Positions 1 through 10,220 of a DNA stretch of 64,000 bases are shown here, one piece after another; positions within the stretch are counted from its first letter, which is position 1, and the number at the start of each line of letters is the position of its first letter. The stretch covers positions 682,001 through 746,000 of the forward strand of contig MU008161.1 in NCBI GenBank assembly GCA_010909165.1, in the 5' to 3' direction. The notes under the pieces are model-generated. The model saw nothing but the letters and a program-made list of their open reading frames with translations, did no database searches and was not told the origin of the DNA. This DNA is from Anthoceros angustus. Lineage: Eukaryota > Plantae > Anthocerotophyta. Made by a program: the position numbers and the translations under genes.

Positions 1-1856
1 GGGAAGGCAGCTCTGGCCGACAGCTCGTCGACCATGGAGAGGATGTACTTGGTCTTGGCCACCAGTTCGATGAGCAGCGAGGAAAACTTGACGAAGGAGA
101 GCGCAGCTATTCTTTGGATGGTAGCGTCCCACTCCGGCCCGAGGGAGTCGCTGTGCTGAAACAACTCGCTTTGCCAGTCGGGCCGGAAGGTGGCGTCCGC
201 GGCATCTGACTCCTCTCCATCCGCATTCGGGTGCGGGTGCTGCGGGCGCGGAGGACGGGTGTTGGTGGCGCCGGGGATGGGAATGGCGTCACTGTTGCCG
301 GTGCCGGGATTCGAGAGCGGGTTCTCCCCCAGGAGGATGCGGGAATGTTTCCGGATCTTGTGCTGGAGCAGCAGCGCGGCCTCCTCCGCCTTCTGCACCA
401 CGTCCTGGTGCTGGTAGCGGCGCATGTTGAGGATGGTGGCTCCCATGAGCCGCAGGGCCACTCCGCACTGGTGCCCTATCACCTGCAGCTCGTCCCGGAA
501 GATGAAGCGCACGAAGGGCGGGGCCTGGATCTCGGCCCGCAGGCAGGCGTCCAGCGCGATCACGTCGTAGAGCTCGTAGCGGAGGTTGTCGATGATGTCG
601 GAATAGAGATCCCAGGGGAAGCCCCAGAAGAAATTCCCATGGCAGGGCTCGAAAGGCACGGCCTTCATCAGCTTGTCCACGTCCGAGTCGGCCGCCAGGA
701 TCTCGTAGAAGCTGGTGAAGATGTTGTCCACTGGCGTCTTCTTGCGGAGGGTTTCGGGCACGGGGTCCAGGACGACGCCGTTGCAGTAGGCGCGGACGCA
801 GCCCTCCACGACGTTGCCCGCCGTGTGGAAGTTCTTGGCCACCAGCTTGTTCACCATGTCCCCCGCGTACGCCGGCGCCAGGCTCAGATTCACCAGCAGC
901 GCGATGAGGAAGCCGATGAAGATGGTCACCAGGCGCACCAGCGGCAGCGCCAGCTTCTCCCGGAACGCGCTCTTGGAGAGGATGAGCAGGTGGAAGGTGA
1001 TCATGGACATCACCACGGCGTAGTTCCACTTATCCTTGAACGGCCTCCGGAACTTGAACACGGTGGGGATGGCAGCCCCCAGGAACACGCAGAACACGAT
1101 GAAGTGCGTCTCGTAGCTCCCAAACGAGGGCGCCGACAGATTCACGAAGAGCGCCAACATCGCCGCCACCAGCGTCCCCACCGTCCGGTTCAGCCCCTTG
1201 CTGAAGGTGAGCCCCACGGAGGCCTCCAGCACGATGTCCACCGTCACCACGGCCCACACCCCGTTCTGGTCGATGTTGCTGTACAGCGGCGGCGGAAGCA
1301 GAGCATGGACGCCAGCGTGGCCGCCAGCCCGCCTTGAAGGGAAGGCCAGCGGCCCGCCCGCCATGGCCTGCACCTGTTTCCACTTCCGCGCCGGCCATGT
1401 CACGCACCCAGGCATCCCCATCTCGCGCCTCCCGCCGCTTCCAGCTCCTGTTGCGGCCTGGGCCCGGCCCGGGAACCGACCCCGGAATCGGCAGGGAGGA
1501 GAAGGAGGAGCCCTGACTGCTGGCCGCGAAGCGCCTCTGCTTGCGCCGGATGAGGGAGCGCTGGCGGGCCAAGCTCGGAATGCTGTCGGTGCCCCGCCTT
1601 CGATCTGCTCCTGCTGCTGCTGCTGCTGCTGATTCTGCTGCTGCTGCTGCTGATGCTGCTGCTGCTCCTGCTGCTGGAGGGAGTGGAGGAGGCCCAGCGT
1701 CTCCTTGTCCAGCTCTGTGTCCGCTTCTCCATTTTCCACCCACGCGCTGCTGTTGTAAGACCAGGATGGCGGGGGAGTGGTGGAGGGAGCGGAGGCGGAC
1801 CAGCGGCCCTGCAGCAGGGGCTGGGTGAGCGCGTCCGTGTGCCGGAAGCTTTCCAT
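1..1856 (-). CDS. ALMT: Aluminium-activated malate transporter / anion channel, intronless in this window, 3' end off-window, poly-Q N-terminus
   Basis: The frame from ATG 1856 stays open to position 1. Motifs: GVWAVVTVDIVLEASVGLTFSKGLNRTVGTL, VPFEPCHG (WEP-box position) and C-terminal ALSFVKFSSLLIELVAK...VDELSARAAF. Local compensating frameshifts are likely around 1290-1600. Confidence 0.88.
   Translation of the reverse strand, partial: MESFRHTDALTQPLLQGRWSASAPSTTPPPSWSYNSSAWVENGEADTELDKETLGLLHSLQQQEQQQHQQQQQQNQQQQQQQEQIEGGAPTAFRAWPASAPSSGASRGASRPAVRAPPSPPCRFRGRFPGRAQAATGAGSGGRREMGMPGCVTWPARKWKQVQAMAGGPLAFPSRRAGGHAGVHALLPPPLYSNIDQNGVWAVVTVDIVLEASVGLTFSKGLNRTVGTLVAAMLALFVNLSAPSFGSYETHFIVFCVFLGAAIPTVFKFRRPFKDKWNYAVVMSMITFHLLILSKSAFREKLALPLVRLVTIFIGFLIALLVNLSLAPAYAGDMVNKLVAKNFHTAGNVVEGCVRAYCNGVVLDPVPETLRKKTPVDNIFTSFYEILAADSDVDKLMKAVPFEPCHGNFFWGFPWDLYSDIIDNLRYELYDVIALDACLRAEIQAPPFVRFIFRDELQVIGHQCGVALRLMGATILNMRRYQHQDVVQKAEEAALLLQHKIRKHSRILLGENPLSNPGTGNSDAIPIPGATNTRPPRPQHPHPNADGEESDAADATFRPDWQSELFQHSDSLGPEWDATIQRIAALSFVKFSSLLIELVAKTKYILSMVDELSARAAF
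1606..1676 (-). repeat. (CAG)n microsatellite encoding poly-Q in ALMT
   Basis: (CTG)n run on the + strand; reads QQQEQQQHQQQQQQNQQQQQQQEQ on the - strand. Confidence 0.85.
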
Positions 1857-2190
1857 GGTCTCGACGCCGCTGCCTCTCTCCACACCTCCAACAACTTAAT
1901 ACCGAGCGCACCGCATAGTCGTAGGCTAAAACTCACCAAGGCCAAGCAAGGCGGGATCATTAGACGACATTACTAAAACCTGCCTCCACAGGGTACCAGT
2001 GTTGGCATATATTCCCACAACAATGCTCATTCCTACTGCTGCTGCCCCTGCCACATTCCTATTTTACACAGTCCAGTGGCATACGAAAGCAAGACGTGTG
2101 CGACTACGCCACCGGCAACCGGGTGGTGCCCCTGTACGACATAGCTACAGGGACATACCTCTTGCTGCTGCTGCTGCTGCCCCTGCTCCC

Positions 2191-5100
2191 TCAGAGTATC
2201 ACCACCTCGTCCAGACTGGGGCTGTGGCTGATGGAAAGCCCGTGCTCGTTTGCTAGATGCAGCAGGCAGATGAGGCACAGGGCCACTGACGCGTTTGCAG
2301 CGCTCTCGCCTCCAGGCCTCTCCTCCGCTACATGTCGCAACACATCTTGGAAAGAGACGCCACCGCAAAAGCGATCCTGTAAAGTCGGTAGGGCTCAGTT
2401 GCTTACAGACTAGCGGATGCAAGCACATGGCTAAAGGCACAAGGGCATATTCACTTACACAAGGCTCCTCCTGTGGGCTATCTTGTTGAGCTATTAAGCT
2501 CTTCTCTTGCAGGTGCCGCCACATTGAATCTTTCAGACTATGGACGTCAACCTGCTTTGAAGTCCTCTCGTAGTTAACAGACACCTTTTGCACCTGTCGG
2601 CGCACCAAGAGAAACCACGCGCTGGTCACTCTCTAGCTCTCAAGGAACAATTATGTACCGCACTACCGTCACTCTCTTGATCTAAGGGAACAGTAATGCA
2701 TCCAGAGCAATGACGAGGGTACACCTTTCGTGGCTCAGCCACAAGGTCGCACGTGTCAGGGTCTTCCACATCACTGTGAGGGCTACCATCATCCCAGTCG
2801 TCAGCACCACCGGATCCGAGTGCCTCCGCCTCATCCCATATGTCCCCGACACTGCTCGTGCTTGCCATGCCTTCCACATTCTCTCTGCTTCTGCTTCCTG
2901 TTCCTGCACATCAGCGAGAACTTGTTGGTAACACTTTCGTCGAGTTCGGGTGCAACCTATTCCGAAGGAACCAAGAAGCAGGATCAGGGAGAGGAGAATC
3001 AGTGGAACCTGCTCTCTTCTTCCCACTCTTTCGCGTGTGCTGCACACCAGAAGTTTCGAATAAGTTTACAACTATGGCAACTCAAACCATTCCCGAAGCC
3101 AAAAGAAGGGGGAGAAACACCATCTCTCAAGAATCGTTGCCTCCGTACCACAACCGGCCGCAAAAACAGCTGGACAAGGTCGAGAGCTTGGTAGTGGCAA
3201 TCCTCTGGCAAGAGCGTGGCACTCTCAGACCGTCGCTGCGCCAGGGCGGAGGCCCGCAAGTTGTAGCGCTTGGTGGTGGTACTTGAGTCCTTGGGAGCTG
3301 CGAATCGGGACACGTCCACCTCGGCTTTCTGGTTGAAGTCTACAACAAATTGCTCACTGCTCTTCTTTGATTTCTTCGTCTCCTTGCCTGTGGTTTTGGT
3401 GTCCGATTCTGGGTCTGAGAACACACAACGAGATGAGTGAGGCTCGAACCACCATGACCCTTCCATCAGGTTTAATACGAAACACAGGATATGATTGCCG
3501 TCTGACCGACGTCACCTATTCCGAAGTACCGTAGATCGGAAACAGAACAAAGGCATTGACAGGTCTTACCATCAGCTCTCCGGAACTTCCAGTGGTCTGG
3601 ACCAGCCCATGCGTTGGACTTGGCAACATGCCCGGCCTTCCCCACCAGCCAGCCCAAAGCTTCGTCATCTTCAGTTCCTTGACCCTTAGGCGAATCTACG
3701 TCCTCGTCATATACGTCCCCCTGCATGTAATCGAGTGAGACAAAAAGAAACGTCTTGCTGAAGAGGCAAACTGTTAACTCTAGTTACAGATTGCACAGCA
3801 AGCTCTGGCGGAAGGAGGAAAGCATGTATTTACCCCATTATCCCCATGCACAGAAGCTGATAGAGGGCTGTATCCAGCCACACTACCTTCCTCCCCGGCA
3901 GAAAAGTTATCTGCCATATCGTCGAAGCCATTCTGATGCAGAACTTCGCCAAAGCTGTCTTCTCTATCAGCATGTGTGTTGTCATTGGAACAGGAATCGG
4001 GATCTGCTGCCCAGTCTTGGGCAGAACCTGCCTGTTCTTTCGAAGATTCTGCTTCAGCTGCTCTCCTTACTGGGTCGTCTATACCTCTCAGAATTTCAGG
4101 CAATGTCGGGCTTATAACAGGATATTTAGAGATCTCGGAGACCATTTCGCTGATCAGATCTGCAACAAATATTCATATCATGTTTACCCCCATTGTAGGA
4201 TTTTGACGACCTAACCAGCAACATCCCACAGGGATTTGCGCTTCCGAAATTCGACAAATCATTTGGCAATGAAGTAACAACCTTTCATGGAAGACAAATC
4301 CACAATGGCATCCCCTGGACATTCTTGTGAAGCTTCAGCTTTCATTTTCCTCTCAGGTATCTCCAGGGAGTCGAAAACCAGTTCACAATGTCCGTACACA
4401 CTTAGAGTATTCAGAAGAAGACCCTTTGCACCTCCCTCGTCAAACTGCGCCGAAGTCAAGTGAAACAGCGGATCCACAGTGAAGGCAACTGCATCATCAT
4501 CATCAGGAGTGTCTGTGAAGGCGAGCGACGACTTAAGGAACAAATTGACAAAAATGTACACCATCGTGAGAAAAGCAAACGGGGTTACACTGCAAGCACA
4601 GAGAGATTGACCTATTGGCACAGTATGTGATGAATACCGTCAAACTTTTTAACATTAAGTGACTCGAATGTTGGTGCCAATGTAGACTCTCCCTGCGGAC
4701 ATGACAAAGGATGATCAGGAACTGGAGGGGCAAGACACAGGCTAAAGAAGCAATGGAAGAATCCCATAGCACTGACTACATTGGAGACCGGCATAAGGCC
4801 TAGTGGGATGTGTTAGGACTAGAGGGCTGTGTAATGTGTGTGAAAACATACTAGCCTTACCTTTTTGTTGGATCCGTCTTTACATTTTTGCATACTTTCC
4901 CCCAGATCTTCTGCATCGGCGTTCTCTTCTGCATCATCCGATGCTACATCACCCCATGCACAGACAGGGAGGATGTGAAACAAGTTAGTAGAGGACTAAC
5001 TACAACTTTAATGAGGACTACAAACGACGTTCAAGCAGTGTCTAAGGTGGGACGCTTTCTCCACAAACTTACCATCAACCGCATTCTCACGATTTGAATT

Positions 5101-5755
5101 ACGACTGAGCCCACCAAGTACTTTGAATGCCTGGGAATGCACAGAGTCCACTCTGGTTGCATATATCTTAATGCCAGCTTCCAGACCACAGCTCGCCTGC
5201 GCCAAAACCAGCATGAGTCCTTCTTCGGCCCACCCCACTTGCGACATTGTCAACGAACTTCTGGTAAGAGACAGCACCTTCTGAAAGTTGCACTGCAGGT
5301 CCTCATTGTCGGTGTCCTTGAAAACATCACTGAGATGGTCAATCAGTGGCAGCTCCCAAGTATTTTGCTGGTTGATTTTCTGGTAAACACACACACAGTT
5401 CCAGGTTTTCTCACTACATCAGTGAGCAAGATCTCCTCAGAGAACTGAAGAAGATATTCAACTACTAACCATTCCGTAATCATTCACCAAAGCTTCTACA
5501 ACATACATTCTCCGCGGCAAGCTTCAAGCAACTTTCGAGAAGACCAGCAATGGCGTCATCGTTCAACAAGTTGCTGTCCTCCTGCGAGCTCTCCGCTCTG
5601 AAGTCGGCAGACATAAGCGTCCGCCTCTGCGCGGCAGCCCGCGCGGCTCGGAGTCGAGCTCGCTCCGTGGCATCATCGTTAGGGCTGAGCAAATGCTGTC
5701 CTGGGGAGTAGGTCCTCGCCTTGAGGGGGTTCCTCAGGCTAGTGCTGGCAGCCAT
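2191..5755 (-). CDS. CAP-H: Condensin I kleisin subunit (barren/CAP-H), multi-exon
   Basis: Exon peptides SPNDDATER, KINQQNTWELPLID, NFQK/ASCGLEAGIKIYATRVDSVH, VDPLFHLTSAQFDEGGAKGLLLN, NAWAGPDHWKF and ICLLHLANEHGL, separated by GT-AG introns. Confidence 0.92.
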
Positions 5756-6870
5756 GATCCCACCTGAGCTGCCGCCCTCCTCAATCACAGCAACACTGCA
5801 CTACAACCCAGTTCCACCGCATTTGCCACCCACCACGGCACAAACACATGCATCTACAGATACGCCTGACAGAGACAAGGGCCGATAGCAGGCAAAGGCA
5901 TCTCCCGGCGGTGGTCGAAAGCCGAAACTACGGGCAATCAGCAGCGAAGCTCAGCGGTTTCCTCCCCGCGACAGTTTCAAGAACATCCACTCCATCTTCC
6001 AACGTGTGCCCGCCAAGACTGTTATCCGCTGCCCTGCCACCTGCAGCACCACCGGGTCGTGGGCTGTTCCTGGAACCCATGCCACCGCTCACAATGATCA
6101 CTCTTTGCTAGAGTCTGCCCGAAAAAGGCCCCATCTCTCCGTCGTTCATCGGCCAGATAGTTTGAACTCTGCAGTGGCGCCAATTCTGGACTGGCCAGAC
6201 CGAGAGGTAGCCTCACAAACCCTTACGATTCTACTACCTATGTATATTCGCGTTTAGGAAGGACTTTAACCCTGAAGTTAAGGGTCCCAGTGTTTTCATT
6301 GGATCAGTTCCAAAGCTGTGTCGGCGTTGTTTATGTTCTATAGTTTCCGTGCCCGACCTGTATTTGACCTGAGCTGTTCATTTCAATCACCTAGGTAAGG
6401 AGCTCGCTCTTTTTCACATGACCCCTGAGGTCCACCTTCATTATCCCGTGCTGCGTGGGTTTTTTCTCATCATTTTTTCCTCAATAAAACATAATATCTT
6501 TTTTATGCTGTTGCGGTGTGACCATGTCACTCTTATCCGTGCCCACTCACAACCTCTAAGAAATCTGGTGTGTTTCGAGCTCCCACCCTCAAGGAGCCTT
6601 GCTTCTAGGTACGTCAAAAACATCTCGAGTTTTCTTGAGGTACAAGGGAAGGGCTCAAATGGAAATGCTGGCTGGCGGACCTTGCTTACGAGACTTTTCA
6701 AAGTGACATGCTGTAAGTTCCAATGGATTCCTTTCATCCGCTCTTGTAACCAACTCTTAGTCCAGTTCTTCAGGCTATGAATGTTGCTTAGGTGGGTGGT
6801 GTGTCATATCCCATATAGATAAAAATATTATAATAAATACAAAAAGTTGTGACATGGCGTGCATCAATCA

Positions 6871-6942
6871 GGGCATTTGGTCTAGTGGTATGATTCTTGC
6901 TTAGGGTGCAAGAGGTCGCGAGTTCGATTCTCGCAATGCCCC
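6871..6942 (+). tRNA. tRNA-Pro(AGG)
   Basis: GGGCATT...AATGCCCC, 72 nt cloverleaf. Anticodon stem CTTGC/GCAAG and T-stem GCGAG/CTCGC both pair fully. CAA motif just upstream. Confidence 0.95.
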
Positions 6943-7546
6943 TTTGAAGAGCATGTTCCGGAACCTGGTTTCTTTTGTCTCTCTATTAAAGCTCAAACTG
7001 TGGCGGCCATGCAGAGTTGACCCTTTGCAACATTTTGGGACCTTGGGGCTCCGGCTCACCGCGGCCCGCTCGGCCCCGCACCTGGGGATGACTCTTACCC
7101 CTTCGAGATACTGTACATCACTCCAGTACTTAGAATGATCACGCGACTGGTGGCCTTGTTCGTAATTTATGTACATAAGCGGGTAAAACAACCTGGACGA
7201 CTGAATCTCTATACACCTAGATTTATTTTTTTACAATACGAGCAGGCTCGTGAAGTCGACAGTTTATGTGAAGGGAGCAGATGCAAACAAGGAGGGATTT
7301 CCCTCCTCATAAATTCCTAACCATGATTTGCCACATCGAAATTTTCATCACTATAGTGCATCCACGGAGCGCTAGGTAGCTTGTTCGAATACATTCTTGC
7401 CTGCCACAGGAATCAGGAGTCAGCCAGCGGACAAAGTCAAAGCGGCAACAGAGGACTGAGCTGCAGCAAGCGTCACGACCTTCTGTAGCAATGCTCACTT
7501 GGTTGGCAGAACCGGCCACTATCTCTGCCCCTTATTGTGATCATCA

Positions 7547-8786
7547 CTATCCGAACTTCCAATTCTCTTTCAAATACAGAACTCCTTCTTGCTGAGAGAG
7601 AGCCTTGGTCAGTTAAACACTCACATTGACAAAACCAATCCCTGGAGAAACAGGCATGCAATTCAGCATGCCTACCAACAGACTGTTCCCTTACCAGCAC
7701 GAAGAGGAAAAAGCACCCTGCTGCACCGGGGAAGAGTATGTACCACCAGGTGAGCTGGTGAAACCTCGGATTATCGATAAAGATAAGGGGAATGGCAGCA
7801 GCTGAGACGGACATCACAAACTTAGTGAACAAGACCGCAGCAGCATCCAGCGAAACCGCAGCATTGGTACGTACCCGGCGGATGGAAGGATCCGGTATAC
7901 TGCATGAACGCAATGGAGCCGGCAACCGCGAGGCTGCGCGCCAGCAGGCTAGGGCCGAAAGCGGCCAAAGCCGCCACTCCCAGCATGGCACAGGCGAAAT
8001 GTGTCACCAGCACGGTGTACTTCTGCAGTCCGCCGGAGCCTGGAGGCAGTCAGAGCTGAACCAGAACCGGCAACCAGACTGAGCACCGCGCACACACACG
8101 CACCTGGGAGGCGGGAGATTTGGGAGTGATGAAGAGGAGAGCACAAACAGCGCCGAAGGAAGCCATGGTGAACTTCAAGCCCCTGGCTGCCAGAATGTCA
8201 TCAACAAAGCTGAAGAAAGCCATGGCCAAAAATGCTCCTGCGACATGAGACCAGGCGGTGAGAGTCAGCCTCCCCCGCTGCCGGAGATCTGCGAGGCAGC
8301 TAGGCTCACCAAAACTCACCTGCGGAGGGCCAGAAAACGTCGCTGAGGCGGGGAGGAGGCGCGGCGGGACCTCTGGCCTGGGCCAGCTTCTGCCAGAATG
8401 TGGCTCCCCAGCGGCCGGCTCCTTCCCGGGCAGCGGCGCGGCGGCGTCGGACGCGGCGCGCACAATCCGGCGGGCTGTCCATACCCCGCCTGCCTTGTGG
8501 CTCCCGACCACCAGGAAAGGCTCGGAAACATCCACAGCAACTCGAGCTCCGTGGAAGGAGGATGGAAGGAGCGGGTCACGATAGGAGGCAGTGGTGCGAA
8601 TCTGCAAAGAAAAGCGAGCTTCAGCTTCAGCTTCTGGCGATGGCAGCGATCGGCACTTACTGCAACGACGAGGCCGCGGAAGCGAACCTGGAATCGGGGA
8701 CGCCAGTGGCGCAGCGTGGCACAGGCGGAAGAGCCGCTGTAGAGCTCGTTCAGAGCCTGCAGCGCCCCTATCACCGCAGCGCCCAT
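7547..8786 (-). CDS. NITR2: HPP-family membrane protein (plastid nitrite transporter-like), multi-exon
   Basis: ASFGAVCALLFITPKSPASQ, GSFHPP/AAAIPLIFID and last exon QEGVLYLKENWKFG*. Transit-peptide-like N-terminus. Confidence 0.85.
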
Positions 8787-9170
8787 GGCGCCTCCCCGCG
8801 TGAAGCGTGAAACGTGAAGGAAACGAGAATGCGCCCCAGCCTTCGGACACCTTCGCCGCCTCTAAAATACATACACCATCCAGTGTCCGTCCTCTCGCAG
8901 CGAGGTCGCCTTGCGGGTGCGGCTACTCGTTTCGGACATCCGTTAGCGCCTCTCCGAAGCAATTTACAATCCGGGTAATAAAGATACAGTTCCGATATTC
9001 TTCAATAGTTACACTGTTCCTCGGAGTGTTTTCTCGCGGGCAGGTAATGAGCACAGCAATTATGGCCGATTCCGCTTGACTCCTGTAGGTAGTATACTGC
9101 AAATGCTGATCGATTTTACGGTAAAACGTACTTACTTTCCAGGTTTCTCACTACATCAGTGAACAAGATC

Positions 9171-9698
9171 TCAAGAGCACGAGCCTCGAGGCGAGAGACG
9201 TTCCGTATACTCTGTGCTCTCTTCCAGCGATGGTTCCAGGGGTGGGCTTGCAGCGTTCGGTGCAACAATCTGCCGCAGCCCTTCTAACAGCTGAACCGTC
9301 CAGGTGGAGAGGAGGTTGCCATACTCGGACATGGTTCCCTTCTGCTCAAGGAGTGTAACGCTCTGCTCAAGGAGTTCACCCTTTTGAATGAGTAGCTTCC
9401 CGAGGTTCTCATCTCCGTTCTTCGTGATTTGCCCAACCACGTTCTTGAGTTCATCCCGCGCCGTGTTTGTTTCCTTCTTTGTTTGCTCCTGCAACTTGTC
9501 GTTTGCCTTCTGCAATTTCTTGATGTCCTGGTGCAACTTCTCTATCTCAGCCTTCAACAACACTGTTTTAGTTTCTCTTATCGCGCTAAGCAACTCTGTT
9601 TTATTGCGATGCCACCTCTCCACGGTGTCTTTTCTCTCCTTCTCCATTTCCGCCGTGACTCGTCCACCTTTGGCAGATCTTATCTCCTCGGTTATCAC
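9171..9698 (-). CDS. Unknown coiled-coil protein; probably a terminal exon, start not resolved
   Basis: 175-codon K/E/L/Q-rich ORF with heptad character, directly preceded by a TCTCTAG acceptor-like site. Confidence 0.45.
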   Translation of the reverse strand: MITEEIRSAKGGRVTAEMEKERKDTVERWHRNKTELLSAIRETKTVLLKAEIEKLHQDIKKLQKANDKLQEQTKKETNTARDELKNVVGQITKNGDENLGKLLIQKGELLEQSVTLLEQKGTMSEYGNLLSTWTVQLLEGLRQIVAPNAASPPLEPSLEESTEYTERLSPRGSCS

Positions 9699-10220
9699 CT
9701 AGAGAGGATGTCTTGGCAAATAGGCCACCACGCTCCCCCTTGCTCCTCTGTTCAGGTAACCGGAGCGTGAAGATACCACGCTCAGACCAGGCGTGCTCAC
9801 AATCCTCCGTGCCGCAAATCCAGCGAGCTGCTGCAGATATCAAGAGGAAGGCACGCTGCACAACGGAACTAAATTCTACCCTCCCCACCCCCAGAGAGAA
9901 CCCTAAGCTGGGGACCCATGGGAAGATCTTAAGGCTGTAAGAAGAAGCGTTTCCACACTTTCACTTCTTGGCTTTCCAGATCCTTGCTCTCTCGGCTTTG
10001 GCCCGCCGATGGCAGTAGCACCACACACCGCACCACATATCATATCTAATGAAATTACTGTTTCGCAATCTTCCAGGCTAACTGAAACGAGATGCTGATG
10101 CAAGTCTTGCACTGCACAAAATTGTAAAGCTTTGACGTTAATCGATCGGCCTTCGACCGGCATCTGACCTTCCCTGGAGAAACCCTGAAACAAACATCTC
10201 CAGCAATGCTCCAGTCATCG

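Noticed and set aside
231-1337. 368-aa plus-strand ORF
   Set aside because: Antisense shadow of the GC3-rich ALMT CDS with no recognisable motif. The same applies to most other antisense ORFs over the PPR, PUB and CID genes.
6260-6840. AT-richer stretch with a small hairpin at about 6261-6287 and ORF 6441-6737
   Set aside because: No recognisable domain, terminal repeat or TSD. A VTWSH/VTWAH resemblance to the region near 32990 is too short to trust.
6999-7335. TGTGGC...GCCACA as a solo LTR downstream of tRNA-Pro
   Set aside because: Only a 6-bp inverted match, no TSD, and no similarity to the LTR at 17875 beyond the hexamer.
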